Origin: Planctomycetota bacterium
Lineage (GTDB): Bacteria > Planctomycetota > PLA2 > JAEUHO01
NCBI GenBank assembly: GCA_028281445.1
Contig: JANQJW010000007.1
Location: forward strand, 92,694 to 156,693
Length of the DNA: 64,000 bases
Direction of reading: 5' to 3'
Below the pieces are notes generated by a model. It did not search any database. It saw only the letters and a list, made by a program, of their open reading frames with translations, and was not told the origin of the DNA. This document shows, in pieces, positions 63,474-64,000 of this stretch (position 1 is its first letter; every line of letters begins with the position of its first letter). The translations under genes were made by a program, and so were the position numbers.

Positions 63474-64000
63474 CTAGCGGCGTCGTTGTGCCTTCTCTGC
63501 TGCTCTCAGCGCCTTCTTCGTCCAGGCGGGGTTGATCTCTGAGACGCCGCGCTGCTTCCGACTCGTACTGAGTTGGTCTTTCGTCAAGTACTCGAAGGAG
63601 CAGTCGATGAAGCGCACCTGTCTCGGCTTGCGTTCGACTCTCTGCTTGAAGCGCTCGGACATGTTGATGAAGCGGCAGTTATCGAAGACGTGTGCAGCCC
63701 CGCTCCACTGGTAGTACACGCTGCTGAAGGGCCCGGAGATCACGCAGTTCTCGAGACGAACGAGCAGCGTGCCTCGTACATCGAAGAGATTCCCGCTGTT
63801 CGGCGAACGGCCGAAGCCCGCTTCGATGCGGCTGTCGGTCGCGTAAAACGCCCCGGTGTCGCCGGACAGCATGTTCGAGCCACCGGCGCCCATGTCGAAT
63901 CCGATGACACGGCAGCGTTCCACGCGCAACGTGTAGCTGCCGCGCATCTGCTCCAGGTAATTGTCGTTGCAGTGGATTGTCAGGTCACGCAGCGTGAGGC
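63474..64000 (-). CDS. Hypothetical beta-helix-like protein, 5'-partial (runs off the window)
   Basis: Frame open to the window end (…LTLRDLTIHCND…); repeated VERCRV / LENCVI / FDNCRF / FIDCSF strands. Confidence 0.65.
   Translation of the reverse strand, partial: LTLRDLTIHCNDNYLEQMRGSYTLRVERCRVIGFDMGAGGSNMLSGDTGAFYATDSRIEAGFGRSPNSGNLFDVRGTLLVRLENCVISGPFSSVYYQWSGAAHVFDNCRFINMSERFKQRVERKPRQVRFIDCSFEYLTKDQLSTSRKQRGVSEINPAWTKKALRAAEKAQRRR

Overview
GC-rich, gene-dense bacterial window with about 54 CDSs. The gene families present (TIGR02999-type ECF sigma plus Ser/Thr kinase, DUF1501/DUF1800, HEAT+VWA proteins, several carboxypeptidase-regulatory-like repeat proteins) suggest a Planctomycetota-like organism; this is inference. 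I recognised no rRNA, tRNA, CRISPR array, transposase or integrase. Most genes are housekeeping or envelope functions: MDR dehydrogenases, beta-oxidation enzymes, a LonC-type protease, PepP-like peptidase, SSS and SLC13 transporters, MscS, two-component systems, kbl, argF', a ferredoxin, a PP2C phosphatase and an ABC transporter. The main hidden feature is an exported thioredoxin-like/CxxCH/PDZ protein at 33800-35065 that the ORF track truncates. Its redox motif is encoded as TGA-GAA-CCG-TGA-AAG-GAC-TGC, a putative double-selenocysteine UxxU-xx-C motif, followed by two tandem SECIS-like hairpins. Other notable items are: composite GTAG-REP elements with fixed spacer lengths whose GTAG ends supply gene stop codons; an MqnD-like protein with a histone-H1-like tail and an altered active site; an amidohydrolase whose metal-binding motif lies upstream of any canonical start codon, in frame with the preceding gene's TAG; a pair of Zn-dehydrogenases with complementary loss of zinc sites; and an unannotated 53-aa Trp-repeat lipoprotein. 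All calls are by eye from motifs; no database searches or folding programs were run.
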